In this document: positions 19,322-29,868 of the stretch, one piece after another | Layout: each line of letters opens with the position of its first letter | How positions within the stretch are numbered: the stretch's first letter is position 1 | NCBI GenBank assembly: GCA_024685775.1 | Contig: JAIKVL010000004.1 | Location: 70,486 to 134,485, forward strand | Direction: 5' to 3' | From: Clostridia bacterium | GTDB taxonomy: Bacteria > Bacillota > Clostridia > Christensenellales > CAG-1252 | Length of the DNA: 64,000 nucleotides | Program-made: the position numbers and the translations under genes | The notes under the pieces: generated by a model | What the model saw: only the letters and a program-made list of their open reading frames with translations | Database searches by the model: none | What the model was told of the DNA's origin: nothing

Positions 19322-19354
19322 AAAAAAAAAGCGGCGCGAATTGCTTCGCGCCGC
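19322..19354 (-). terminator. Rho-independent terminator after groEL
   Basis: GCGGCGCGAA-ttgc-TTCGCGCCGC hairpin followed by T9 on the minus strand. Confidence 0.85.
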
Positions 19355-19371
19355 GCTCATAAGAGATCGGA

Positions 19372-21302
<1,931 letters not shown>

Positions 21303-21348
21303 ATTTCCAATATGTCCTCCTTTTTACCTATTTTCTTAACTGCATTGT

Positions 21349-21377
21349 ATTATATCACGCTCCGAAATCGCGAGCAA
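21349..21377 (-). promoter_or_regulatory. Candidate sigma-A promoter for groES-groEL
   Basis: Minus strand TTGCTC-17 nt-TATAAT. I could not recognise a CIRCE inverted repeat next to it. Confidence 0.4.
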
Positions 21378-21578
21378 GCGACTGAGCGCATTTTATCGAC
21401 GTTTTCATTTTATCACGCCCGAAAGGTCGATTTTCAAGTTTCGTGCCACGATTTTTCGAGAAGTCGGTCGAATTCGGTCGCATAAAAAAAAGAAAGTTTC
21501 GAAAGACGCGCTTTAAGAGCCTTCCGAGCTTTCTTTTCAAACCGCCGAGCGGCTATTAAATATTGAACTTGTTGAATA

Positions 21579-22514
21579 TTAACCTTGTTTAATATCCTTT
21601 GCGGTAACGCGCTTGATAAATGCGAGAAAATCCGAATAAACTTCGTCTTTATTGATCTCGTTCATAATCTCGTGACGCGCTTCGGGATAAAGCTTGATAT
21701 CCAAATCGGCAAGACCGAGAGCTTTATATTCCTCGTAAAGCTTGGAAACGAGCGAGCCGTTTCCGCCGACGGGGTCCTTATCGCCGCTTGCGATCAAAAC
21801 CGGAAGATTTTTCGGGATCGATTCGAGCGCGGCGGTGGTGTACACCGTCTTTAAACCTTCGAAAAAGCTCTTTTGGAACGCAATGGACATATCGAAAGAA
21901 CCGCCGCAGAAATCGTCCGCGAGGTACGCTTTGACGACTTCCTTATCGCGCGTAAGCCACGCGAAGGGCTGATTTTCCGACTTAAATTGCTTATCATACG
22001 CTCCGAAAGACAGTTTTCCGATGAGTTTCGCGGGCTTTTTGCCGCCGAACAAGGCGTTCTGCAACTTGGCGACCACCCTGCCGAACGCGACTTGCGCGGT
22101 ATTCATATACGCAGAACCCGAAAGAATGACGCCGGAAAGCGCTTCCCCGTTCCTCTCGATGTAAGCCTGAGAAAGAAAACTTCCGTAAGAATGACCCAAA
22201 AGGACGATCGGAAGCTTGTACTTCTTCTCGGCGTATCCGGTCAAAGCGATCATATCGCTGACGGTATCGTTATAGCTGTCGCCCTCGACGATACCGCGGT
22301 TATCGTATCCGCAGGTTTTCCCGTGACCGCGATGATCCTCCGCCACAACAATATATCCGTTTGCATTCAAAAAAGAAGCGAAATTATCATATCTGCCGCA
22401 ATGCTCGCCCATACCGTGAGCTATTTGAACGACGCCGACGGGATTTTTGACTTCATCCCAGCAATAGCAGGCAATTTCCGTCGCGTCGAAAGTATTTAAC
22501 AAAAACTCTTTCAT
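21579..22514 (-). CDS. Alpha/beta hydrolase (lysophospholipase / monoacylglycerol-lipase-like)
   Basis: 311-aa ORF with an HGMGEH oxyanion region, the GHSYGS nucleophile elbow, and a late D...H pair. Confidence 0.75.
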   Translation of the reverse strand: MKEFLLNTFDATEIACYCWDEVKNPVGVVQIAHGMGEHCGRYDNFASFLNANGYIVVAEDHRGHGKTCGYDNRGIVEGDSYNDTVSDMIALTGYAEKKYKLPIVLLGHSYGSFLSQAYIERNGEALSGVILSGSAYMNTAQVAFGRVVAKLQNALFGGKKPAKLIGKLSFGAYDKQFKSENQPFAWLTRDKEVVKAYLADDFCGGSFDMSIAFQKSFFEGLKTVYTTAALESIPKNLPVLIASGDKDPVGGNGSLVSKLYEEYKALGLADLDIKLYPEARHEIMNEINKDEVYSDFLAFIKRVTAKDIKQG

Positions 22515-22680
22515 TGTAACCTCCTTGTGTAAAGATTATGAAAAAAAGTTAATTTCACACGAATATTATACATAAATAATAGTATAAAATCAAGTATCAT
22601 TGTAGAATAATTGTTACAAAAATGTTGAAAAATCAAAAAAAATTCGCGCAAAACGCGCGTTCGAGAGAATAAGGAGGATC

Positions 22681-23709
22681 ATGCAAACGAACGTAGCCCT
22701 CGCGGGAGGCGGCACGGCGGGTCATATCACGCCGAACCTCGCCCTGTTACCCGAACTCAAAACCCGATTTGACAAAATCATCTATTTAGGCGCGCCGTCC
22801 TCAATGGAAGAAGCACTTTGCAAAAAGGCAAATCTTCCGTTTTATCCGACCGAAACAAGCAAGTTTCACCGAAAGCGCGTCTGGAAGAACGCAGCGCTTC
22901 CCCTGACCCTTATAAAAGGAATACGTCAAGCGAAAAGCGTCCTCAAAGCAGAGAACGTTTCCGTCGTCTTTTCCAAGGGCGGCTACGCCGCGATCCCGAC
23001 CGTCCTTGCGGCTCGATCCATCGGGATCCCGATCGTCTGCCACGAAAGCGATCGCACGATGGGGCTTGCGAATCGCCTGACCGCGCTTTTTGCCGCAAAA
23101 ACCTACACGGCATTTCCCGGAACGTATAAAAAAGCAAGCGTTTTGGCGACCCCGATCCGAGAAGAGATCTTCCGAGGAGAACCGCTCGATCTCTTTTCCC
23201 GCCCCGAAAAACCCGTCGTGCTCTTCATGGGCGGATCGCTCGGCGCCGCCGCGATCAACGACGCGCTTTCGAAATCGTTCGCCGAACTAACTGAAAAGTA
23301 TAATATTCTCCATATCTCGGGAAAATCCGCCCCGCCGATCAAATCGCCTTCCTACGTCTCCGTCCCGTTTACCGATTCCATCGAAGATTTTTATAAAACG
23401 GCGGACGTCGTCGTCTGTCGCGCGGGAGCCTCCACGCTCGGAGAACTCACCGCGCTCGGAAAAAAAGTCGTCGCCGTTCCGCTTCCGAAAGGAGAATCGA
23501 GAGGAGATCAGGAGGAGAACGCGGCGTACTATCTATCCGAAAAGAAGATCCGCGTCCTGCCGCAAAGCGAGCTTTCCGCAAGAAGCCTTCTCGCGGCGAT
23601 CGACAAAAGTATAAAGAATAGCGCGCCCGCGCCCGCGTATGACCGAAACACTCCGTCCATTCTCGCGGAAGCCCTTTACGCCGCGGCGAAAAACCGAGGC
23701 GCGCCGTAA
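22681..23709 (+). CDS. murG: UDP-GlcNAc:undecaprenyl-PP-MurNAc-pentapeptide GlcNAc transferase MurG
   Basis: 342-aa ORF with an N-terminal AGGGTAGHITP motif and a C-terminal CRAGASTLGELTALGK glycosyltransferase-28 motif. Preceded by AAGGAGG. Confidence 0.88.
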   Translation: MQTNVALAGGGTAGHITPNLALLPELKTRFDKIIYLGAPSSMEEALCKKANLPFYPTETSKFHRKRVWKNAALPLTLIKGIRQAKSVLKAENVSVVFSKGGYAAIPTVLAARSIGIPIVCHESDRTMGLANRLTALFAAKTYTAFPGTYKKASVLATPIREEIFRGEPLDLFSRPEKPVVLFMGGSLGAAAINDALSKSFAELTEKYNILHISGKSAPPIKSPSYVSVPFTDSIEDFYKTADVVVCRAGASTLGELTALGKKVVAVPLPKGESRGDQEENAAYYLSEKKIRVLPQSELSARSLLAAIDKSIKNSAPAPAYDRNTPSILAEALYAAAKNRGAP

Positions 23710-23933
23710 CGACTCCTGCGATCAAAGGACAAATAGCGGGAAAAACGAACGGAAGAATCGACCCGAAAAAGGAGCGAAAATCGGGAAAAAGCTCGGGCTA
23801 TCCGCAAAAATCAATTTTGAAATTTTTAAGGTTTTCTCAAAAAAAACTCTCAAAAATCAAGGTTTTTTCGAAAGAGAACCCTAAAAAACCGCGATTTTTC
23901 AGCGGGTTTTCGCAAAAAAATCGAAAATCGGTC

Positions 23934-23961
23934 TTGACAACCCGTTTTTTTATGTTAGAAT
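23934..23961 (+). promoter_or_regulatory. Sigma-A promoter with extended -10 for gldA-dhaK
   Basis: TTGACA (23934-23939), a 16-nt spacer, then TGtTAGAAT (-10 at 23956-23961). It lies about 70 nt upstream of gldA. Confidence 0.55.
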
Positions 23962-24031
23962 TTTAGTAGACGGTGATTTACCGTATCTCACTTGCGGAGT
24001 TTCCGCAAAATAAAATTTAAGGAGATATCAT

Positions 24032-25204
24032 ATGAGAAAAGCATTTATCTGCCCCACCAAGTACGTCCAAGGCGAAGACGAATTGCTCAATTTGGGCTAT
24101 TTCGTCAAAACGTTCGGCAAAAAAGCCCTTTTGATCGCCGATCCGTTTGCGTTGAACCTCGTAAAAGACAAACTCGCCGCTACCGCGGAAAAATACAAAA
24201 TCGAATTCGTTCCCGCAGGAGACGTCTTCAAAGGCGAATGCTCCCGCACCGTCGTCGCCAAGCTCCAAGAGATCGCGAAAGCGAATAAATGCGCCTGCAC
24301 GATCGGTCTCGGCGGCGGTAAAGCGATCGACACCAGTAAGTGCGTCGCTGCCGGCGATCCCCTGATCATCTGCCCGACCATCGCGGCGACCGACGCTCCG
24401 ACTTCTCACAGCGCGGTTCTTTACACCGACGATCACGAGTTTGACGATTACGCATACTTCCGTCAAAGCCCGAGCGTCGTCTTGATCGACCTGAACGTCA
24501 TCGCGAACGCGCCGGCTCGCTTCCTCGTCTCCGGTATGGGCGACGCGCTCAGCACCTACTTCGAGGCTCGCGCGAACGTCAAGAGCGTTTCGAACGTAAA
24601 CGCCGGTCTCCCCTGCGGCGCGAACCGCGCGAAGGGAACTCTCCTCGGCTACGGCACGCATACCGCGTTCGCTCTCGCCGAGCTCTGCTATAAGAACCTC
24701 ATCAGCGACGGTTACAAAGCGAAAGTCGCCTGCGAAGGCAACTGCGTGACCCAAGCGTTCGAAAAGATCGTCGAAACGAACATCCTTCTTTCCGGTCTCG
24801 GCTTCGAATCCGGCGGTCTCGCCGCGGCGCACGCGATCCACGACGGTATCACGATCGTCCACGAGATCCACGCGAATAACTTCCACGGCGAAGTCGTCGC
24901 GTTCGGAACGATCTGCCAACTCATCCTCGAAAACGCTCCGGAAGACGAGCTCTATGAAGTTCTCGATTTCTGCGACACCGTCGGTCTCCCGATCTGCTTG
25001 CAAGATCTTATGACCAACCGCAAGACGGGCGAAGTCGCGAGGACCTCTCTCACGGACGACGAACTCAAAGCCGTCGCCGCGAAGACCTGCATCCCCGAGG
25101 AATCCATCCACAATATGCCCTTCCCCGTTACCGAGGATATGGTCGTCGCCGCGATCAAGACGGCGGACAAGATCGGTCGCGAGTACAAAGGTTTGGACGC
25201 GTAA
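24032..25204 (+). CDS. gldA: Glycerol dehydrogenase (iron/zinc ADH family)
   Basis: 390-aa ORF with a GLGGGKAIDT motif, metal-ligand histidines (AAHAIHDG) and family-typical length. Paired with a DHA kinase gene. Confidence 0.88.
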   Translation: MRKAFICPTKYVQGEDELLNLGYFVKTFGKKALLIADPFALNLVKDKLAATAEKYKIEFVPAGDVFKGECSRTVVAKLQEIAKANKCACTIGLGGGKAIDTSKCVAAGDPLIICPTIAATDAPTSHSAVLYTDDHEFDDYAYFRQSPSVVLIDLNVIANAPARFLVSGMGDALSTYFEARANVKSVSNVNAGLPCGANRAKGTLLGYGTHTAFALAELCYKNLISDGYKAKVACEGNCVTQAFEKIVETNILLSGLGFESGGLAAAHAIHDGITIVHEIHANNFHGEVVAFGTICQLILENAPEDELYEVLDFCDTVGLPICLQDLMTNRKTGEVARTSLTDDELKAVAAKTCIPEESIHNMPFPVTEDMVVAAIKTADKIGREYKGLDA

Positions 25205-25224
25205 TTTCAAGCAAGGATTTACTG

Positions 25225-25251
25225 TTAGCCGAGGGAATCTCTCTCGGCTAA
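25225..25251 (+). other. Intercistronic stem-loop between gldA and dhaK
   Basis: TTAGCCGAG-ggaatctct-CTCGGCTAA with no T-run. It lies 20 nt before the dhaK ATG. Confidence 0.5.
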
Positions 25252-25270
25252 TATCATAAAGGAGAGAACT

Positions 25271-27103
25271 ATGAAAAAAATAATGAACACCCCCGAGACC
25301 TTCGTCTACGATATGTGCCACGGTTTGGCGATGGCGCATCCCGATCTCGAATTCGTCGAGAAGTTCAAGATCGTCAAGAAGAAGGAGATCAACGAAGATA
25401 AAGTCAGCCTTATCTCCGGCGGTGGTTCGGGTCACGAACCCGCGCACGCCGGTTTCGTCGGGAAAGGCATGCTTGACGCCGCCGTTTGCGGCGACGTGTT
25501 CGCATCCCCTTCGCAGGTTCAGGTCTATAACGCGATCAAAAAATGCGCGACCGACAAGGGCGTCCTTCTCATTATCAAGAACTATTCGGGCGACTGCATG
25601 AACTTCAACAACGCGATGAGCGACGCGATCGACGACGGAATCAAGGTGGACGCCGTCTACGTAAACGACGACATCGCCGTTAAAGACAGCCTTTACACGG
25701 TCGGCAGACGCGGCGTGGCGGGCACCGTCCTCGTTCACAAATGCGCCGGCGCGGCTGCGGAAATGGGCAAAGAACTTTCCGAAGTCAAGGAGATCGCGAA
25801 TAAAGTCATCGCGAACGTCCGCTCTTTCGGTTTCGCCTTTACTTCCTGCACCGTCCCCGCCGCGGGTCACCCGACCTTCGAGATCGGTGACGACGAGATG
25901 GAATTCGGCGTCGGTATCCACGGCGAACCCGGTCGTTTCCGCGAGAAGATCGACTACTCTTCGGGCAAATTCTCCGACAACCTCGCGCAAAGGATCGTCA
26001 AAGATCTGAACGAGGATCTCGGTCTCAAATCGGGCGACGAAGTCGTTCTTTTGATCAACGGTTTCGGCGGCACCCCGCTCCAAGAGCTTTACATTTTGAA
26101 TAAGAGCACGACGGACGCGCTCTCTGCTTCCGGCGTCAAGATCCATCGCACGATCGTCGGCAACTTCATGACGAGCATCGATATGGCAGGCGCGTCGATT
26201 ACCGTCCTTAAAGTGGACGACGATCTCAAAAAGTACGTCGACTATCCCGTCAACACCCCCGCCCTTACTTGGGGCGCGGCGATGAGCGAACAAGCGGAAG
26301 CCGCCGTCGAAGCGATGAACGCGATCGCGAAAGCGCTTGGCGTGACGAACGTCGCGGCGCCCGCGCAAAAGAAAGCGAAGAAAGCCGCCGCGGAAGAAGA
26401 GGACGCGAACGCCGTCTACGAAGTCGAAGGCACGCCCGCGATCGGTGAAACCATCAACACCGCCGCGTTCGTCAAGATCGTCGACAAGATGGCGGACGTC
26501 ATCATCGAGAACGAAGTTCCCTTCTGCGAAGCGGATAAGATGGGCGACGGCGACTTCGGAATGAGCATCGCCAAAGGCTTCAAACAGCTCAAAACCGACT
26601 GGGCGACCCGCAAAAAGGGCGACGTCGGCGAATTCCTCGTCTCCTGCTCCGAGATCATCAAAGAGTACTGCGGCGGCGCGTCCGGCCCGATCTGGGGCAG
26701 CGCGTTCAAGTACGCGGGCAAAGCGATGCTCGGAAAGAAAGAAGTCAACCTGACCGACATCGCGTTCCTCTTCACCGAGGCGAATCGCGGCGTTTACGAG
26801 ACGGGCAAGAAGAGCTTCGGCAAAGGCGCGGAAATCGGCGATAAGACCCTCGTGGACGCTTTGAAACCCTGCGCGATGGCTTTGACCAAAGCGGCGGAAG
26901 AAGGCAAAAAACTCCAAGAAGGTTTGGACCTCGGCGCGAAAGCGGCGCACGACGGCGCTGAAGCGACCAAGACCCACGTCGCGACGCTCGGCAGAGCGGG
27001 CACGGTCGGCGAGCGCAGCATCGGCTACCCCGACGCAGGCGCGCACGGACTCGACGTCATCTTCAACGAGCTTGCGAAGTACATCAAGAACTTCAAAGAG
27101 TAA
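25271..27103 (+). CDS. Dihydroxyacetone kinase, fused DhaK-DhaL type
   Basis: 610-aa ORF. The N-terminal Dak1 domain has ISGGGSGHEPAH. An Ala/Lys-rich linker joins it to a C-terminal Dak2 domain with DGDFGMS. Confidence 0.9.
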   Translation: MKKIMNTPETFVYDMCHGLAMAHPDLEFVEKFKIVKKKEINEDKVSLISGGGSGHEPAHAGFVGKGMLDAAVCGDVFASPSQVQVYNAIKKCATDKGVLLIIKNYSGDCMNFNNAMSDAIDDGIKVDAVYVNDDIAVKDSLYTVGRRGVAGTVLVHKCAGAAAEMGKELSEVKEIANKVIANVRSFGFAFTSCTVPAAGHPTFEIGDDEMEFGVGIHGEPGRFREKIDYSSGKFSDNLAQRIVKDLNEDLGLKSGDEVVLLINGFGGTPLQELYILNKSTTDALSASGVKIHRTIVGNFMTSIDMAGASITVLKVDDDLKKYVDYPVNTPALTWGAAMSEQAEAAVEAMNAIAKALGVTNVAAPAQKKAKKAAAEEEDANAVYEVEGTPAIGETINTAAFVKIVDKMADVIIENEVPFCEADKMGDGDFGMSIAKGFKQLKTDWATRKKGDVGEFLVSCSEIIKEYCGGASGPIWGSAFKYAGKAMLGKKEVNLTDIAFLFTEANRGVYETGKKSFGKGAEIGDKTLVDALKPCAMALTKAAEEGKKLQEGLDLGAKAAHDGAEATKTHVATLGRAGTVGERSIGYPDAGAHGLDVIFNELAKYIKNFKE

Positions 27104-27123
27104 TCCCCTATCCTATCACAACG

Positions 27124-27156
27124 AAAAAAACACCTCGCCGCGGCGAGGTGTTTTTT
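27124..27156 (+). terminator. Rho-independent terminator after dhaK (bidirectional shape)
   Basis: A7-CACCTCGCCgcGGCGAGGTG-T6. Confidence 0.88.
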
Positions 27157-27168
27157 CGTTTCGATGCA

Positions 27169-27197
27169 TTGACTCCATTCTTTCCGTTTGTTATACT
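27169..27197 (+). promoter_or_regulatory. Sigma-A promoter for the orphan gene
   Basis: TTGACT (27169-27174), a 17-nt spacer, then TATACT (27192-27197). It begins 13 nt after the dhaK terminator. Confidence 0.55.
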
Positions 27198-27267
27198 TAA
27201 ATTAAAGATTTGCCTTACGATTACGACAATCGGCACTTTTTATTCTATTCGAGAACTCGGGGGGTTT

Positions 27268-27879
27268 ATGGAACTCGTTCAATCCTATTCATTTTTTCTA
27301 AAACTTTTAAGCCGCAAATACGGTGAAGACGAACGCATCGTTTGCATTCTTTTCCTCGACCCGTGCAACGACGATTTGATAAGCGGTTACCTTTCGCACC
27401 GTTTCGATTACTTCAATTATCGACTCGGTGAGCAGATTGACTTTTTCTGCCCCGGATACAGCCATATTGAAAATTCGGAAACGGAAAGATCGTTCAGCTC
27501 TCGGGATTTCGTCGACTTCATACGGCAACTTGAACAATTGACCTCTTGGCGGTATTCCGGCGGGACGAACTTACTGCTTTTGCGCTATTCGGACTGTCAT
27601 CTCCTGTTCGACAGCACATACGATCTTAACTTATCAAAAATGATGATCGACGGGTACCTAACCGATTATCGAGGATTTTTGGAAGATTTGATCCGCTCGT
27701 TAAAAGAGGATGACGCCATATTCTTCGAACGTAGCTACGCCAAACATCAAATATCGCGCCTTTGGAATAATTTTTCGGATCTGCTGCCGAACCTTTGCAA
27801 AAGCATCGTAAATCACATTAAGGATACGGTGAAAATCGATGGATATTTTACTCCGAAGGATATAAGAAAAAGGCGATAG
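27268..27879 (+). CDS. Hypothetical protein, 203 aa, no family recognised
   Basis: ATG preceded by GGGGGG. The segment is visibly AT-richer than its neighbours. The sequence alternates hydrophobic strands (IVCILFLD, IDFFCPGY, TNLLLLRY) with helices, and has no TM helix or signal peptide. The 243-aa track ORF starts inside the terminator, so I reject that start. Confidence 0.6.
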   Translation: MELVQSYSFFLKLLSRKYGEDERIVCILFLDPCNDDLISGYLSHRFDYFNYRLGEQIDFFCPGYSHIENSETERSFSSRDFVDFIRQLEQLTSWRYSGGTNLLLLRYSDCHLLFDSTYDLNLSKMMIDGYLTDYRGFLEDLIRSLKEDDAIFFERSYAKHQISRLWNNFSDLLPNLCKSIVNHIKDTVKIDGYFTPKDIRKRR

Positions 27880-27921
27880 TCGATCCGACCCTCGCTTTTC
27901 AAAATTGCGTTCGTTTCTCTT

Positions 27922-29298
27922 CTACGCCGAACGGCGATTCGGGTAAACCGCCTGCTCGATCGGCATCGTCGCGATGTCGTAAAAGTCTTTTTCCATCCCT
28001 TTGATAATATCGATGATATTCGGATCGAAATGCGTTCCCGATTCTTCCAAGAGGATCTTGAAAGCGTCGTGGGGCGCCATCGGGTCTTTATAGACGCGTT
28101 TACTTACGAGCGCGTCGTAGACGTCCGCGATCGCCATAATGCGCGCGGAAAGCGGGATCTCCTCGCCTTTCAATCCCTTGGGATAGCCCGTTCCGTCCCA
28201 TCTTTCATGGTGCGCGACGGCAATATTATAGGCTTTATCCAAAAACGCTCTGTCGCCGAGATTCACAAAGATGCTATTCACCATTTCACCGCCCTTTTCC
28301 GAGTGCTTTTTCATAATGTCGAATTCCTCGGGCGTAAAGCGACCGGGCTTCAAAAGAATGGTGTCGGGGATCGCGATCTTCCCGATATCGTGCAAAGACG
28401 CGGCGGTCTCGATCTCATCAATCTCCCGATCGGTCAATTGATCGCGATATTTCGGGTATTTCTGCAATTCGCGCGCGATAAGTCCGACGTACTTTTTCGT
28501 TCGGATAACGTGCTCGCCGGTACCGACGTCACGCGATTCGATGATTCCCGCGAGATCCTCGATGACATGAACCTGCATATTGTTTTTTTGCTCCATTTCT
28601 TCGCGCGCGATCGCCATCAATTCTTTCTGTTTATCAAGCATGATCGCGTTACGTTTCGAGATCCCGATCGCCAAAAGATTGACGCAAATCAAAGCGAGCA
28701 TACGCGGAAAAACGTAATGGAATAAGATCTCGATCAGGCGGCGAGGCGTCCCCAAAGCGAACCGTTTGGCGAGATCCAACATCTCTTCATCCGATAACCC
28801 GCCTTTAATGAAGTTTCGATCGGGCAATCCGATAAAGAAACTTCCGTAGACGGTCGCGGGGACCAAAAGCAGCGCCGCGATAAAGACGTAGACCGACATT
28901 TTTTTGCTGTAACGATATTGCGCGATCATCAAAGAAGGGATTACGAGCAAAAGGATCGCGTGGAAGGAAAGCGCAATACCGACCAATGCGATCCCTACGT
29001 ACATAAACGTCACCATTATGACCTTAAACGAATAATGCCGACAAATCGAATTCGGCTTTTTCAAAAGTTTATCGTGGATCACGAAAATAACGAGCGGCGT
29101 TATAAAAATCAGAAACGACACGAGCATCGTGACCAACATGATCACGCGAGGAACCCTAAAAACTTGCAACTCATTCAACCCGAAACAAATAATCGCCAAA
29201 CCGGCGATAATGGTCATGACTCTGATAACAAAGCTATTTGCGCTTGATTCCGCAAGTACGTAAATATCTTTTTGATCGTTTTTGATTAACTCATCCAT
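27922..29298 (-). CDS. Membrane-anchored HD-GYP domain protein (putative c-di-GMP phosphodiesterase)
   Basis: 458-aa ORF with about 6 N-terminal TM helices followed by HDIGKIAIPD...HHERWDGTGYPKGL. Confidence 0.85.
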   Translation of the reverse strand: MDELIKNDQKDIYVLAESSANSFVIRVMTIIAGLAIICFGLNELQVFRVPRVIMLVTMLVSFLIFITPLVIFVIHDKLLKKPNSICRHYSFKVIMVTFMYVGIALVGIALSFHAILLLVIPSLMIAQYRYSKKMSVYVFIAALLLVPATVYGSFFIGLPDRNFIKGGLSDEEMLDLAKRFALGTPRRLIEILFHYVFPRMLALICVNLLAIGISKRNAIMLDKQKELMAIAREEMEQKNNMQVHVIEDLAGIIESRDVGTGEHVIRTKKYVGLIARELQKYPKYRDQLTDREIDEIETAASLHDIGKIAIPDTILLKPGRFTPEEFDIMKKHSEKGGEMVNSIFVNLGDRAFLDKAYNIAVAHHERWDGTGYPKGLKGEEIPLSARIMAIADVYDALVSKRVYKDPMAPHDAFKILLEESGTHFDPNIIDIIKGMEKDFYDIATMPIEQAVYPNRRSA

Positions 29299-29504
29299 TG
29301 GCTTTTACATTTTCGTCCGAATGCAGCGGTTCGAAAACGAAAAAGTCCTTTTTGCGTTATCTTATTTTGAATTATATCATATAAGAAACAGTCCTTGTCA
29401 ATAAGGAAACGAAAATCGTAATATCGACGCGACAAAATGAGAGAATTATCCGAGCAGACCGTGAACTTCACGAAAAACCGCCGCCGTTCACGGTTTCGAA
29501 GGAC

Positions 29505-29561
29505 AAAAAAAAAAGAGAGCCGAAAACCCCTTCCGTTTGCGCGGATCGAATTCTCGGCTCT
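29505..29561 (-). terminator. Terminator closing the phage-like operon
   Basis: On the minus strand, the stem AGAGCCGA...TCGGCTCT (with a large structured loop) begins 7 nt after the holin stop and is followed by T10. Confidence 0.5.
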
Positions 29562-29567
29562 TTTGCT

Positions 29568-29867
29568 TTATGCGGATTTATCCGACTTTTCCTCTTCTTC
29601 GACAGACGCGCTGCTCTTCGCGTGACTTTTCCGTTTCGGGAAAATGTTCTGCACGCCGGAGACCGTCGAATCGATGGTTTGAATGATATTTTTGATATCC
29701 TGTTTGATTCCTTCGAGGGCGTTCAGCCCCTGCGTCAAACTCGTGATCGTAGAAGTGTATTTCTCTTCCCTGCGCTTACTGTCTTGCAACTGATAGACGA
29801 GAAGCGCGAGAAAAAGAAGTGCCCAGACGCCGTTCGACGCCATATAGTCCACCAATTGTTCCCACAT
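29568..29867 (-). CDS. BhlA/UviB-family holin-like protein
   Basis: 99-aa ORF: MWEQLVDYMASNGVWALLFLALLVYQLQDSKRREEKY. It has an N-terminal TM helix, an RE-x-x-Y motif and a coiled tail, matching the BhlA/UviB pattern as I remember it. Confidence 0.65.
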   Translation of the reverse strand: MWEQLVDYMASNGVWALLFLALLVYQLQDSKRREEKYTSTITSLTQGLNALEGIKQDIKNIIQTIDSTVSGVQNIFPKRKSHAKSSASVEEEEKSDKSA

Positions 29868-29868
29868 A

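Noticed and set aside
21303-21578. I looked for a CIRCE element (TTAGCACTC-N9-GAGTGCTAA) upstream of groES.
   Set aside because: No recognisable copy is present by eye in the 276-nt upstream region, only a sigma-A-like promoter. HrcA control cannot be claimed from this sequence.
24017-27046. A very long antisense ORF (1009 aa) opposite gldA-dhaK. Similar ones occur at 11002-13641 (879 aa, opposite ppdK), 5521-7911 (opposite smc), 19396-21048 (opposite groEL), 33917-35425 and 36095-37237 (opposite capsid and portal), and 54360-61940 (opposite the giant gene).
   Set aside because: Their products are low-complexity and Arg/Asp/Phe/Gly-rich. They have no motifs and no ribosome-binding sites. Each mirrors a confidently identified gene on the other strand. 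They are the expected artefact of codon bias that avoids TTA/CTA/TCA in the sense frame.
29488-29499. Possible att-like direct repeat at the two edges of the phage-like block: TCACGGTTTCGA at 29488 against TCACGTTTCGA at 41682.
   Set aside because: It is only ~11 nt with an indel, no integrase is present, and a similar string (CACGTTTC) recurs at 41441-41448. That is too weak to call attL/attR.
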